A stretch of DNA of 43,300 nucleotides from assembly GCF_000743755.1 (NCBI RefSeq), contig NW_014569488.1, positions 1 to 43,300 on the forward strand, given 5' to 3'. Below the pieces are notes generated by a model that worked only from the letters and a program-made list of their open reading frames with translations, did not search any database and was not told the DNA's origin. Below are positions 26,463-37,812 of the stretch, piece by piece. Each line of letters opens with the position of its first letter. Position 1 is the first letter of the stretch. The position numbers and the translations under genes were made by a program. This DNA comes from Blastocystis sp. subtype 4 (lineage: Eukaryota).

Positions 26463-26477
26463 GAAACATGTTTGTTA
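26460..26477. terminator. Bidirectional 3'-end/polyadenylation element shared by a convergent gene pair
   Basis: TAAGAAACATGTTTGTTA reads TAA...TGTTTGTT on the plus strand and TAA...TGTTTCTT on the minus strand. Confidence 0.7.
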
Positions 26478-28402
26478 GCAAGAATCTAAATCACCTTCAT
26501 AATCAGAACATGAAGCGAATTGTCGAATGAATGGATGTTGTAAGGCCTGTGCTGCTGTAGGTCGTTGTGCAGGATCCCACTGCAAAAGCATACTCACGAA
26601 ATCCACAAACTCAGGGCAATCACACTCTAATTCAACATTCAAATCTTTTCGACATGGATTCAGAGTCCATACTTCTCCCTGCTTTAAGTGTACACTCATG
26701 GTGTCTCCTCGCTGACTGACCTTCAGTCCAGCCGCTTGGATCATAAACATAGGAATCTCACCAATGATAGCAGAAGCTGAAGTAAGCAAGGATCCGACAG
26801 AGGAATTGTCAAATAGTAGTGAATGTGTGAACAATTCCGCAGCGATACATCCGAGTGACCAGATGTCAATTCGTTCGTCAAAATCAATTCCTAATATGAT
26901 TTCAGGTGCTCTGTAGGATCGACTCTGGATATAGAACTGATGAGATGAAGCAGACTGGAGACTACTAGCGAAATTGGCTCCACCAAAATCCACAAGTTTG
27001 ATTTGAGCTCTAGATTTCAGGAATACCTAATGTTCAATACTTTTTCTTATCAGATATCAAAATATTCTCAGGCTTCAAATCACAATGAATAATGTTGTGC
27101 ATGTGAATGAATTCAAGAGCTTCGAGTACTTGTTTAAGAATAACAGCAATCCTATTTAATGTGAAATATTCTGGAAGCAAGGGATTGCGATCAAGAGAAC
27201 ACATGAATTCGTACAAGTTGTCTTGAAGAAGCTATGTCTAAAAAAAGGAAAACTCTGTACTTCCATCACAATCATCAAATGACGCTTATTATAGAAGAAA
27301 TCGTATAACTGAAGAATATGTGCACATTCACTTCCTTTCATTCCATTCAAATACCGAAGAACACGAATCTCATCTAAAGACTGATCAAAGAAAAAGTCAC
27401 CATTTCGAATGATCTACTTCAAAGCACAACAATACCCATACTTTCAGACATAGACGGTTATTGACATCGCCACGCATATCAATACATTCTACTGTTACAG
27501 AGAAAGTGGCTTTACCAAGTTGGCGGATCACTAAATATCTATCTGCGATGTATGCATTAGGCTTCACTTGAATTGCAGTTTCAGGCGCACATCCACATAT
27601 TCGTGGTGTGTAGAATACTGGTAATAGAAAGAAATCAACACCTGCTCCTGATGGATCAAAAACAGAAGGAACAGGATTTTCATGACCAATTGTGCTAAGG
27701 AAACGATAAACAGCAACAGAATCACGCGAATCCGGTTGACGGACAAGAGCCGATTCAATGATATGAGAGCGAGGAATTGCTGTGTTATTCGCTTCGTCCT
27801 CCGAAGATGTTGACAACTGACTGTGAAGACTATCGAATGAGAGTTAATGATCAACCCATACGAACTGTCGTCATCACCTTGACTGATCAATGTAGACTGT
27901 GTAGAAACAGTAGAATGCGAAACAGAGTCAAGATCAGCAGCAATCGCATTGCCTTGGTCAAAAACAGGAATTTCAGGTTCATAAACACTTTCTGAGTCGA
28001 GCCGAAGAGACTCTCTCTTACCCCCGGTGACTACAAGTGTATTGATACTATCAAGGAAGTTAACAGTACGTTGGTCTAATTCAGACCCTTGAGAATCTGA
28101 ATCTGAAAAGTCTATGCACGTCAATTCTCACTGAGGAGAGTACTAGCTTCTTTGACATAGGATTCAACCAACGCCAATTTCTTAAGCATCCGTTTCGATA
28201 GTTTGCTCCGATCCAATGCATCAGCTTTGAGAATCTACTAATTACATTAAAAACCAGCATCCACTTCGCCAATAAACTGAAAAAGGAAAATCTCTAGTGT
28301 TTGATCCTCCTCATCTCCTCCTCCAGAACTCACTCCATCATCAAATGAAAGATCATCACTCTTTTTAAAAGAGTCCATTACTTCTACAGAGAGATGATCC
28401 AT
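26475..28402 (-). CDS. DYRK-family Ser/Thr kinase, DYRKP-like (multi-exon)
   Basis: LGKATFS Gly-loop variant, HILQLYDFFY, IIHCDLKPENIL, VDFG, YIQSRSYRAPE and IDIWSLGCI. Confidence 0.9.
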
Positions 28403-28426
28403 TAATATGTATTTTGAAAAAGAAAT

Positions 28427-28499
28427 CTCCGAAGCGGGGAATCGAACCCCGGTCGTCCGCGTGACAGGCGGAAATACTTAACCACTATACTACTTCGGA
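28427..28499 (-). tRNA. tRNA-Asp (anticodon GTC)
   Basis: 73-nt cloverleaf TCCGAAG...TCCGC-CT-GTC-AC-GCGGA...GGTTCGATTCCCCGCTTCGGAG, followed by a T-run. Confidence 0.95.
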
Positions 28500-28721
28500 T
28501 CTATTAAGATTTTGTTAGTCTGACTAATATTCTTTAGCTCCTAATGATCATATGTTGTTCTCAGAAATCAACGATTTGTGTATATAAGTAACAAGTGTTG
28601 ACACCCATTTGATTCTGGACACATTGAAACAGTTAGCTACATTTGTACATCCTTCTGTATTACAGAATTACACTTCGTTACTAAACAAATATTACCACTT
28701 ATACCAAATCCATCAATGGAG

Positions 28722-29638
28722 CTATAAGAGCGATTGAATATACTCCTCCATCGATAACAGATTATTCACAAGGTATTCCATATCAACCTGTTTGGGTTGA
28801 ATTATACAGATATAACCCTTCGTTGCATTCTACATTCAACTCAATCATGAAATGGTACCTTCTCCGTTATCAAATTGAGATTCTGTGAGAGAGACTCATT
28901 GAGCTCCAGTAAACGACCTCGGATGCCAGCAACAACAGAAACAATTTCACCGGTTGTAGAAGTTAGAGTACACACAGTATCATCTTCATCAAGCCATATT
29001 CCTCCTTTCTTCGATTTCCCTGTTACAGCACATGATGTAATCGTTTTGTGTTGTCGAGTGACCTAAAATAATAGACGAATGTAACAAATACCCCATACTG
29101 AAGTGATTGAATCTGAAGATGATTTCGAATAAAGAAATGAGATTCTGCAAGTCCCATAATGCAAACACCATTGAAATGAAGGAGAATGTACTGATCAACA
29201 CACCGATCATGTTCTAATCGTTTCACAAAGAGACGAGTATATTGTTGTAAGCATGGAGAATATAGTGAGAGTGTGATTTGTCGATCGTCAAAGACAGCAG
29301 AAAGATCCTGAAGTAATTTGTCCCTATCTTTTAGGCACTTCAATTGACTGTTTTGCTCTCTCATAACAGCCTGACATTTTGTTTTCAGCAATCCATTTAG
29401 TAAGTCCTTTGTCTCAGTAGTGGTTCTAACCAATGAAACATATCTCAAATCAAGACTCTCCATGACGGTATTTGCAGTTTTCGCCAAAACGACACGAACC
29501 AGTCCGATGATAATCAATACATAGTTGACGTTCACGAATAAGCTTAAGGTCACAAAATGAGCATGAAACTACAGATTTGATACGTTTCCGTTGTTTTGTT
29601 GTAGTTCGTTGTACCAAAGCATCTGAATCGCTTTCCAT
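28722..29638 (-). CDS. ABITRAM: Abitram (FAM206A/Simiate)-like protein with an N-terminal CCCH zinc finger (5 exons)
   Basis: CIDYHRTGSCRFGENCKYRH (C-x8-C-x5-C-x3-H), then HFNGVCIMGLAESH, VTGKSKKGGIWL, AGIRGRLLELNESL and KGYICIIQP. Confidence 0.8.
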
Positions 29639-29710
29639 GGAAGTAAAAATCAGATGAAAAGGATAATCGAAGAAACACAACAAAACAATAATTCTGAATC
29701 CGAATCGTCG

Positions 29711-30986
29711 ATGCAAGAGATTGCGATTTCAGACTTTGGAAATCGTGTTGAAGGTATTTTGAAGTCGCTCGATGATCTGTTAACAGATGTGTCGGAAAAC
29801 AATTCTATTAGGTGTCAAAATTGATGTCTCTTTGATTTATAGTACAGAAGGAATGACAATGAGTGAAGAAGAAACGATTGATATGATGGTGGAGAATCTC
29901 ACAGCTAAGGCAATGGATGGATGGAAATATCGTTCAAAAGCGCAAAGATCAAGTCCGGGGGACAACGAAGTCTTATTAGCCATTCAAAAATCTTATAGGA
30001 GCATTTATGAAGATGTAATCGAAGAGAATAAGTATGTGCAAATGTATTCAATGATGTTTAGGGTATTGAAATCGTTCTTTCCAGAGTCGATCACTGTTAA
30101 TCTCCCAGATGTTAAGATCCCAGTAGAATACTACGTTCCTAAGACATTTATTCCGTCAGAGAATGAGTCTTCAAGTCATATGGTTGTTCTCGAGATTCGG
30201 TTGTAAGTGTGATTTCCATGTTAGTAACTCTTAGTGAAGATGATGCAGTGAAAGAAACAGTTTTTATCCCTTCTTCGTATACATTGCATGATTTTGCTTC
30301 GTTTCTATTTCCTACGATGGTCAATGAATCCGAAGAGTATTCTTATATGTTTTATATAGATGGTGTGTGTTTTGTGGATGGGAAGGAGTCAACCAAAATT
30401 GACATGAAATCAGAACCATTACCTAATTGTTTAGCCATATGGTTGAAACAATCTTTGTGAATAGTTGAATGGTTTGATCATCTCTAGCCCCAAACTTGAT
30501 GAACATGCATTAAGATGTGAAAACGCTCGCCAAAATAGTTTTTCGAATATATCCTTGATTTTAGTCTTTCTAAGATTCTTAACAATACTTGACTCTTCGC
30601 TTGTACCATGATTATCTGTTCTTGTCCACAGACAAATCAACAACCTATTCAGAACATCGTTTTTCAGTTGCAAATGTTTTTTACTATTCTCTGAATGTAA
30701 CTCCATCAACGCCCGATATTACCTTCTCTTCCAATCATTCTCTCCATCTATCTGATTTCCCTCTGCGGATACGCAATGTATGTGTGAATAGGATAAATCA
30801 CTCACAGAGAATCGATTATCATAAGAACTGCAGTGTCTGTGGAACACATGAAGCTACAGAATGTGTGACAAATGATATCCTTGTTTCATCCTCACCATTT
30901 TTCTTCTGTGATCGTTGCTTAAGTCTGTTTCATTATGATGAATACGGAGTTCTTCTTACTCGTCCTTTTAACCTTCAGCCTATATA
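29711..30986 (+). CDS. SNAPC3: snRNA-activating protein complex subunit 3 (SNAP50); stop probably completed by polyadenylation
   Basis: MFYIDGVCFVD and the C-terminal zinc finger CSVCGTHEA...NDILVSSSPFFFCDRCLSLFHYDEYG. The frame reaches QPI-TA, 4 nt before TGTTTGTG (30991-30998). Confidence 0.8.
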
Positions 30987-31017
30987 TTGTTGTTTGTGTA
31001 ACAAATACGGAAAGAGA

Positions 31018-34000
31018 CTATACATACTGATTCTTTGTTTCCTGATCAGAAACATGATTCTGATCATTTCCCATTGAATTCATTGGTACGGAAGGATAGT
31101 ACATGATTCCCATTTGATTCATATAGGGTAGATAATTAGTATTCATATCTGTTCCTTGAGGATAGATTGGAATTACGGGCATTTGATTGATCATCACAGG
31201 ATATCCACCTTGAGTGCCCTCACCAGAATCATGATCTAAAACTGGTTCTGTTTGTGGCATAGGGAATACAGGCATGGAATATGGCATTACAAATGGATAC
31301 AGAACAGGTTGAGATACTGCTGGATTTCCAGACACCGCATGTCTATTTGTTGGTACAGTATTCTCGTCATTTGAACTGTATACACTCATCAATGAATTGA
31401 CAGACTGCTGACTCAAAGTGCTTTCTGTTCGATTATGCTCCACACCTTTGCCTGATTGCTGGTGCTTCGTTTTCATTTCAGCTGCTGAGGATACGCTGAC
31501 AATCGTATTCTGTTCTCCCATTACGATTTCATCCTCTGAATCCCATTCTGATCCGTAACTGTGAGGATCACTATTATCCATGTGTGGGAAGATTGGTTGA
31601 TCAACAGGAAGTTGAACATGTGTAGTTGAAGCTTCCGTAAGGAGTGAGTAAATGTCTCGGATGATCCAACAACTGAGACACCATTTGTAGGAATAACGCC
31701 GCTTGACTCGGATGGCAAATCGATAACGAAAATGGGAGAGAGACATGTCTGGATCAGAGGAATCTGAATGGTTAGTGTATGAAGAGAACATATTGGTAAC
31801 AGGACAGTCAATCATCACAATTCGTCACACTCATCACACATACTCATCACATTCATTCACTACTTACGCATAGCTGCTAATGATGGAGTACTGATTGATC
31901 GCTTCATTCCATTCTTCACTTCAATCATCAACTCTCTAGACCATGTCATTCGCTCACCTTCACATAGTTTCCAGCCAAAGATACTCCGATTGCCTACCAT
32001 CACTCGCTCGGCTCCCTGTGAATCCACTTGAGGAGGCAATGATCGTAAAAGCACAAATACAGAGTCATTCGGAGAAGTACTCTTATAACACATACTGAAC
32101 GTAACGCCATAATTCGAAAACCGTGGGAGTTTCTGAACGATGGGAACCACGTCAGGTTGTGGTGGAGGAGTGTGTTGGTGAGGTCGTCGTTGCGCACGCC
32201 CTGAAGGGAATGAAGGCGAATGTAACGGGAATTGAGATGAAAGATCAGATTGCCATCCTCGTGAGTGAGATGGCGAATGATGAATGTGATCAACCTGTTG
32301 GTTCGAATCTGTTGAAGAAGGGGTTGATGATCGTTTAAATGGTGGAACCCCAGATGACGCAAATTCGGCAGTTGGTGCATCGGGAGCAACTCTCACCATT
32401 GACGTGTCTGGGATCGTTGACTCCATTTTCATCACCGGTGTATCTGACACATTTGGCGCAATTGGCGCAATTGTATCATTTGAAAGTAACTCCATTCCTG
32501 CTGCATTTTCCATAGAGGAAACATTTAGCTCCTTCTGGTTCTGACTACCATTCTCCAATGACTTTTCTCTCGTCTCAACCTCTATCTTCTCTGTATCACT
32601 CTTAACAGCCTCTTCAATTATCCTATCATTTCTCCTCTCTGTTATCAGATTGGTTGGACTACTCACTAGTGGTTCTGGCTCTATAGGGTTTTGTATCATT
32701 TCTGCCACAGATTCTATTGCAGCTTTGTCTAACTCTGATTTCTTGTTCTTTATCAACTTCTCTGTCTTTCCATTCTCCACTTTCTTACCATTCTCGACTC
32801 TTCGATCCTTCTCCACCACCTTCCTACTCTCCACTCCCTTTCCATTCTCCACTTTCCGATTCTCTACTCCACTCTCCACCTTCCCAGTCTTCTTTCCCTT
32901 CCTCTTCCCTTTCTTTTCCTTCACTACTGGTTCAGGATGAACTTGTGGTTTTGACCATGCCCGCAGGATCACTGATCGATTCAGATAGAGAACTGTACTG
33001 AAAGCCATTGCAATCCTATGCGTTACTTGCCAATTCATCTCTCACAAAGAGAAACCAATTCGCTCAATAAACACTATACGAGAAGAGGAAGATTCATAGG
33101 GCTCGGAATAATCAGAAAGAGTCGAAGAGAGAATCGATGTGAGAATGTCAATTTTGAATAACACTTCATACTGGATTTTGAATGATGAGTTAGGAATGAA
33201 TTTAAAGAGAGATTGACGAGTTCGGTTATAACAAGATAGATCCCTAGAATGTCAATCATGCATGGTTCCAACTGTTGACAGGATTGAGTAATATTCACTG
33301 CAAAATTGCATAGACTACAGAAAAAAGAGTGTGGAGTACATAACGCAAGTAATTGTTGAAGTTGCGAATTACAACTTGATGGAGAGGTAAGATAGAGAGA
33401 CGTTATGTGAAGCAATTTATCAATATGTTGATTGATATAGACCAACTCTTTTGCTTCCAAATGAGAACTACGGATCAAAACAAATCATTTCAGTTACTAG
33501 CGCCGATTTGCATGCTCCCAGGCTTCGCTATCAAAGAAAGGTTTTTCAAAAAGAGCTGACTTTAGGCGCAATGCACGATCCAATTCACCACTATTCGCTA
33601 ACAAAGATACCAATTCGTAATGACAAGCTATAACCTTATTAATCTATGAATTATCCGAGGTCACTATCAATATACATTCACTCCAGGAATGGATTCAAGA
33701 ATAGAGCACGCTGATTCGAGATAATCAGCAGCTGCAGACACATTTCCTCGTTTTCTGGCTATTACAGAATGCAGTCGGTACCACGAAGACCACCGCAATG
33801 ATGAAAAGAGACTCTACACCTCAGTTTAGAAGAAGGGCCCCACTGTGGAAATGGTAGTATTGGATATTTTCGCATATATTAACACACTATCGAGGGCATT
33901 TTCAGCCTCATCGATTCGATTTGACTCCAGTAAGTCAAATGCTTCAATTGTTCTCTATATCATTAACATCAAACAGCTCTGCAAACATTTGTTAACAGAT

Positions 34001-34105
34001 CGTTAATGTCGAGAGAAGGAGAATCTACACAAATTGCAAGAACGCAACTAAATATCACTAAAAGATAAATGCGATGTACAGAAAAAGTAAACACAATGAC
34101 ATCAT
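31018..34105 (-). CDS. Hypothetical protein: helical/TPR-like N-terminus, Lys/Glu-rich repeats, possible CBM20-like domain, Pro/Met-rich tail (start uncertain)
   Basis: Long ORFs 31860-33038 and 31018-31818 plus upstream exons joined by about 30-nt introns. Domain calls are resemblance only. Confidence 0.5.
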
Positions 34106-34354
34106 ATTAATTAAGGCAAAATGCATCTGGGAATGCAGAAAACAGCACTAAAAGAAAAGACACTTCTGACAGAGGTAGAACTGAAACCGATTCCAAGTTG
34201 AAATAGAAGGCCGCTTTGTAGACTCTCTCGAAGTATTATCTATCGAAAAAACAACGGTTTGTATCTAGAACAAAATGATTGGATGAACGAAATCCTTGTC
34301 AATTATCAGCTTCTAAACAAACATTAACTCAAACAAGCAAATTCCAACTAACTA

Positions 34355-36999
34355 TTATTCTTCTTTCTGTTCTATTCTTCAAAATTCACCATCAGTCTTA
34401 CTTGCACTTCGTTCCACAATTGCCATTACCCGAAGTTGCATATCATCTTCTAAACAACGATAGTTGATCTGCTTTGCAAAGTTACAGAAAGCAGTTACCT
34501 AATCATCAGTTCCTTTGTATAAAGTTACATAGAGTAACGATATAATCATTGTTAGAATCACTAAAACAATTGTAAGTACAAACTACGCATCAAGAAGGAA
34601 GAAAAAGGAAACAATAGATACAAGGAATGAACAATTGTATTCTGTGAAGTGGTTACTAATATCATTCATAAATTCACAGTTTCCATGACCACAATCATAA
34701 GAGAGTGAAGTGTTTAAATACTCTTCCAAATCCGAAAAACAGGTTTGCGAAATCTCTGGAAAGCGATTCTAGTAATGAACTTAGAGTACATTACGGACAA
34801 GAGCATTTTGAATGAGTGGAAGCATGTTTCTATTCAATTCATTTAATTGAACCTCCAGAGTATTCATTCTATTGCGCCATTCAGTTATTTCTATTTGACC
34901 CTTCTCCATGATACAAGCTGCTAACCACTCAGTTCGAATCAACTCATTCAATTCTGGACAAGCAGGATCCTGATATGTCTTTTCCACATATCGTAGGCCT
35001 GATCCATTGTGTCGAGGATCACAGACTTCATCTTCTGTACACGTTGCTAACACTATCCATAACCGAGAATCAAGAGAATCAACTCGTATTTGCATAGATT
35101 TGAACTCCACCCACAGATTCATACATGAGACTTTGGAGATGCTTGAAAACGGTAGAAGACCGAATTTTACTCTCTTCTACAAATGCATCGGCATTATAGA
35201 GAATGGTCTGAATAACATCAAATCATCATGCATACACTGCTGAGATAGTCATGTAAATTTAGAATTTTTGTTATCAAAGATCTGTGAGATTGCTGATATG
35301 GATTCTTTGAGAATAACTGCAGTACATCTGAATAGAAGGGAATCTCTTGCAATGTTGAAATATCACGGACATAGTCTTGAAGTACTAAATTAGAGTGAAT
35401 GAAATGTGAATACGATAAAATTCTGTTTTGGACGCTGGAATGAAAGCTGAGTGAGTGAATGAAGATATTGCCACACAATCTACAATGAATTAGATGAAAT
35501 GAATGGAACTTGAAATAGAAAGATTTAAGAATGGAATTTGAATACTTAGAAAGGCAGCACTAATGATGGATAAAATAATGATTGGAAAAGTCTTATCAAT
35601 AGAAAGAGAAAATATGTACAGAAAGAATGATACAAGTGGGAGAAGAAACAGTATGCTTGTAGAATTTCCAGATCGATATTGAAATAGCAATGGTAAATGA
35701 TAGAATAACAATAAGTGTTGGAAGTACAACCAATATCAAATCAATTATAGAATCAATACGAAGCCAACGAAGAACCGATGCATCATATCTACTATATCCG
35801 TAACTATGATGAATTAGTAGTTCATTGATTTGTGTAAGTAATTCAGAATAATTTCTAGAGTTTAGTATTCAAAGAATCTAATACTTAAGAATCGTTGTTT
35901 CTTTCATTATCTCCACATCTGTTAAATTCAATGCCTCTAAATACAGCTGACTCTAGATCTCATTCTAATTCTATTTTTTTACACTGTTTGTATATACCTC
36001 GAATGTTGATAGAATTGGAACCAACTTCATATCTACTCTAACCAACAGATTATCACATGATGAACAAACGGTACAGTTCCATTTACAACGACTAACAATC
36101 AGAAGAATTGTTAAGAAGTACGTTGGAAACACCTTTTCTTCTAGTAATTGCTTAACAGAACCCCATAAGTCGTTATACTGTGAATCATGCAATATAGCAA
36201 TACAAACCTCCATAAATAGCCTGATCAGATACTTAGACTCCAAAACCAGATCATAATCTCTAGAAATAACAAAAATATAATAGAATTCACTTAAGACATC
36301 GCTTTGTAACGTTGGTTTTCTCACCTGCCTGTTGATGAATTTGGATGAGTTTCTGGGTAAACAAACTCGTTCGATTAGTATCTACTACTGCAGAATTGAT
36401 TTGAGAAGCCATAGAATAGATAAAACCACTTATATATCCACCAGTTACATAAACCAAACCAACCAAAATAACTCCTGTTGTAAAGCCCATGATAATGTAG
36501 GTGAGATTGTCAAGTTTATCATATCCAGTTATCCGTTTCCGACTTTCATTATGAGTTGGAAGCTATTTATGGAGGTACATAAACGATACCTACATAATTT
36601 GCTAGTCGTAACAGTGTATACACAAGAAAAAAGAGAACCATAAGCATCGCAATGACTCCAAACAATACTGAAAAGGGTGTAGCACTAATAATACATCTTA
36701 TCTAACATTAAACCAGACATTCAGAAGATACGACACTCTCTTTTGACAAAAGACAATTATGAAATGCCAGAGATGATTCTGTATAGTTATTAACCCTATT
36801 CAGATTATCCAGAAGCTACAAAACACAAATCCACTTTATAACCAACATTGGTGATATAAGAATGATTGATCTTGTCTCCTAAACTATACACCTTTTGTTC
36901 CCAATAGGGAATGGAACAAAATGATATACTACCCATCACTATTCCTGTTCATTCCTACAAAAAGAGTTGCAAAATCAAGGCAAGACGACAACCGTACAT
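34355..36999 (-). CDS. Multi-pass membrane protein with a putative signal peptide and Cys-containing loops (tweety/prominin-like topology; boundaries approximate)
   Basis: Hydrophobic segments FSVLFGVIAMLMVLFFLVYTLL, FTTGVILVGLVYVTGGYI and IIILSIISAAFLSIQIPFL separated by long helical loops. Ends KQKEE-TAA; TGTTTGTT at 34316-34323. Confidence 0.5.
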
Positions 37000-37105
37000 G
37001 CCGTTCAAATGATAAGACCATGTATGGATCTTCCCGTTTGTCAATAATAACGAAATACCGCGGGAGTCGGATCTTTCTTTACTTCACGCAGAAAACAGTG
37101 TCAAA

Positions 37106-37796
37106 ATGGAATCGTGGAGAAATCCGACAAATCCGATTCAACTCAAAACTTATCCCCCTCTATACTCGTATTATTGATGCATTTGTTTAACTGAAGAGTT
37201 CAAGTAAAAGAAAACCAAGAAGCGCAGTACAGAGTCTGGGCAGATCTATTAGTGGCTTTTGTTTTGATGGAGAAGACATGGACCATTTCTTTACAGGGTT
37301 GTCGTTTGTTTTCGAATCCCCAAATAAATCGTTGATCGATGTATATATTGTTCATTTGTAGGTGAAGCTCCTATGGAATTACGTCAAGGAATCATTGACT
37401 ATATGGTACAACACGGTCATGCTTTTTGGATTGGCAGTTCACAGCGATCTCAGGCATATGTTTTTCGAAAGTCTGTAAAAGAGTTTGGCGACCTTATATA
37501 TACTAGTGTAAATCATTTCAGTCATTAGTGAGTAGATAGTTAGTGAACATGGGAACGACAAATCTCATCCAGGCTCATGAATTAGTAGAAGATATTGATT
37601 ACAGTGATCAAGGTGAGATTTGGATGGGAAGATGAGATTCAGAGTATTATGGGATGCCCGAAGAATTGATGGAGTTGTTACTACAGGATTTAGTAAAGCG
37701 AAAGAAGGTAGAAGTGAACTAAATGACTGAAGTATAGATGACCTCATTTAAACAAGATAATGATTACAATTATAAACTGGTTATGGAACCAAAGTA
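37106..37796 (+). CDS. VPS25: ESCRT-II subunit Vps25 (6 exons); stop probably completed by polyadenylation
   Basis: Spliced ORF MESWRN..KTYPPLYSVQ..QYRVWADLLVAF..LFSNPQINRE..HAFWI..VFRKSVKEFGDLIY..EYYGMPEELMELLLQDL. Ends EPK-TA, 4 nt before TGTTTGTT (37801-37808). Not present in the supplied ORF track. Confidence 0.85.
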
Positions 37797-37800
37797 CATT

Positions 37801-37808
37801 TGTTTGTT
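37801..37808 (+). terminator. TGTTTGTT downstream polyadenylation element (representative copy)
   Basis: Exact copies found at gene ends. Plus strand: 12651, 16835, 18089, 25497, 26469, 37801. Minus strand: 111, 4313, 8096, 10333, 34316, 39669, 40510. Confidence 0.85.
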
Positions 37809-37812
37809 ATCA

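Noticed and set aside
37565..37747. Minus-strand 60-aa ORF as the start of the membrane-protein gene
   Set aside because: Antisense to well-supported Vps25 exons.
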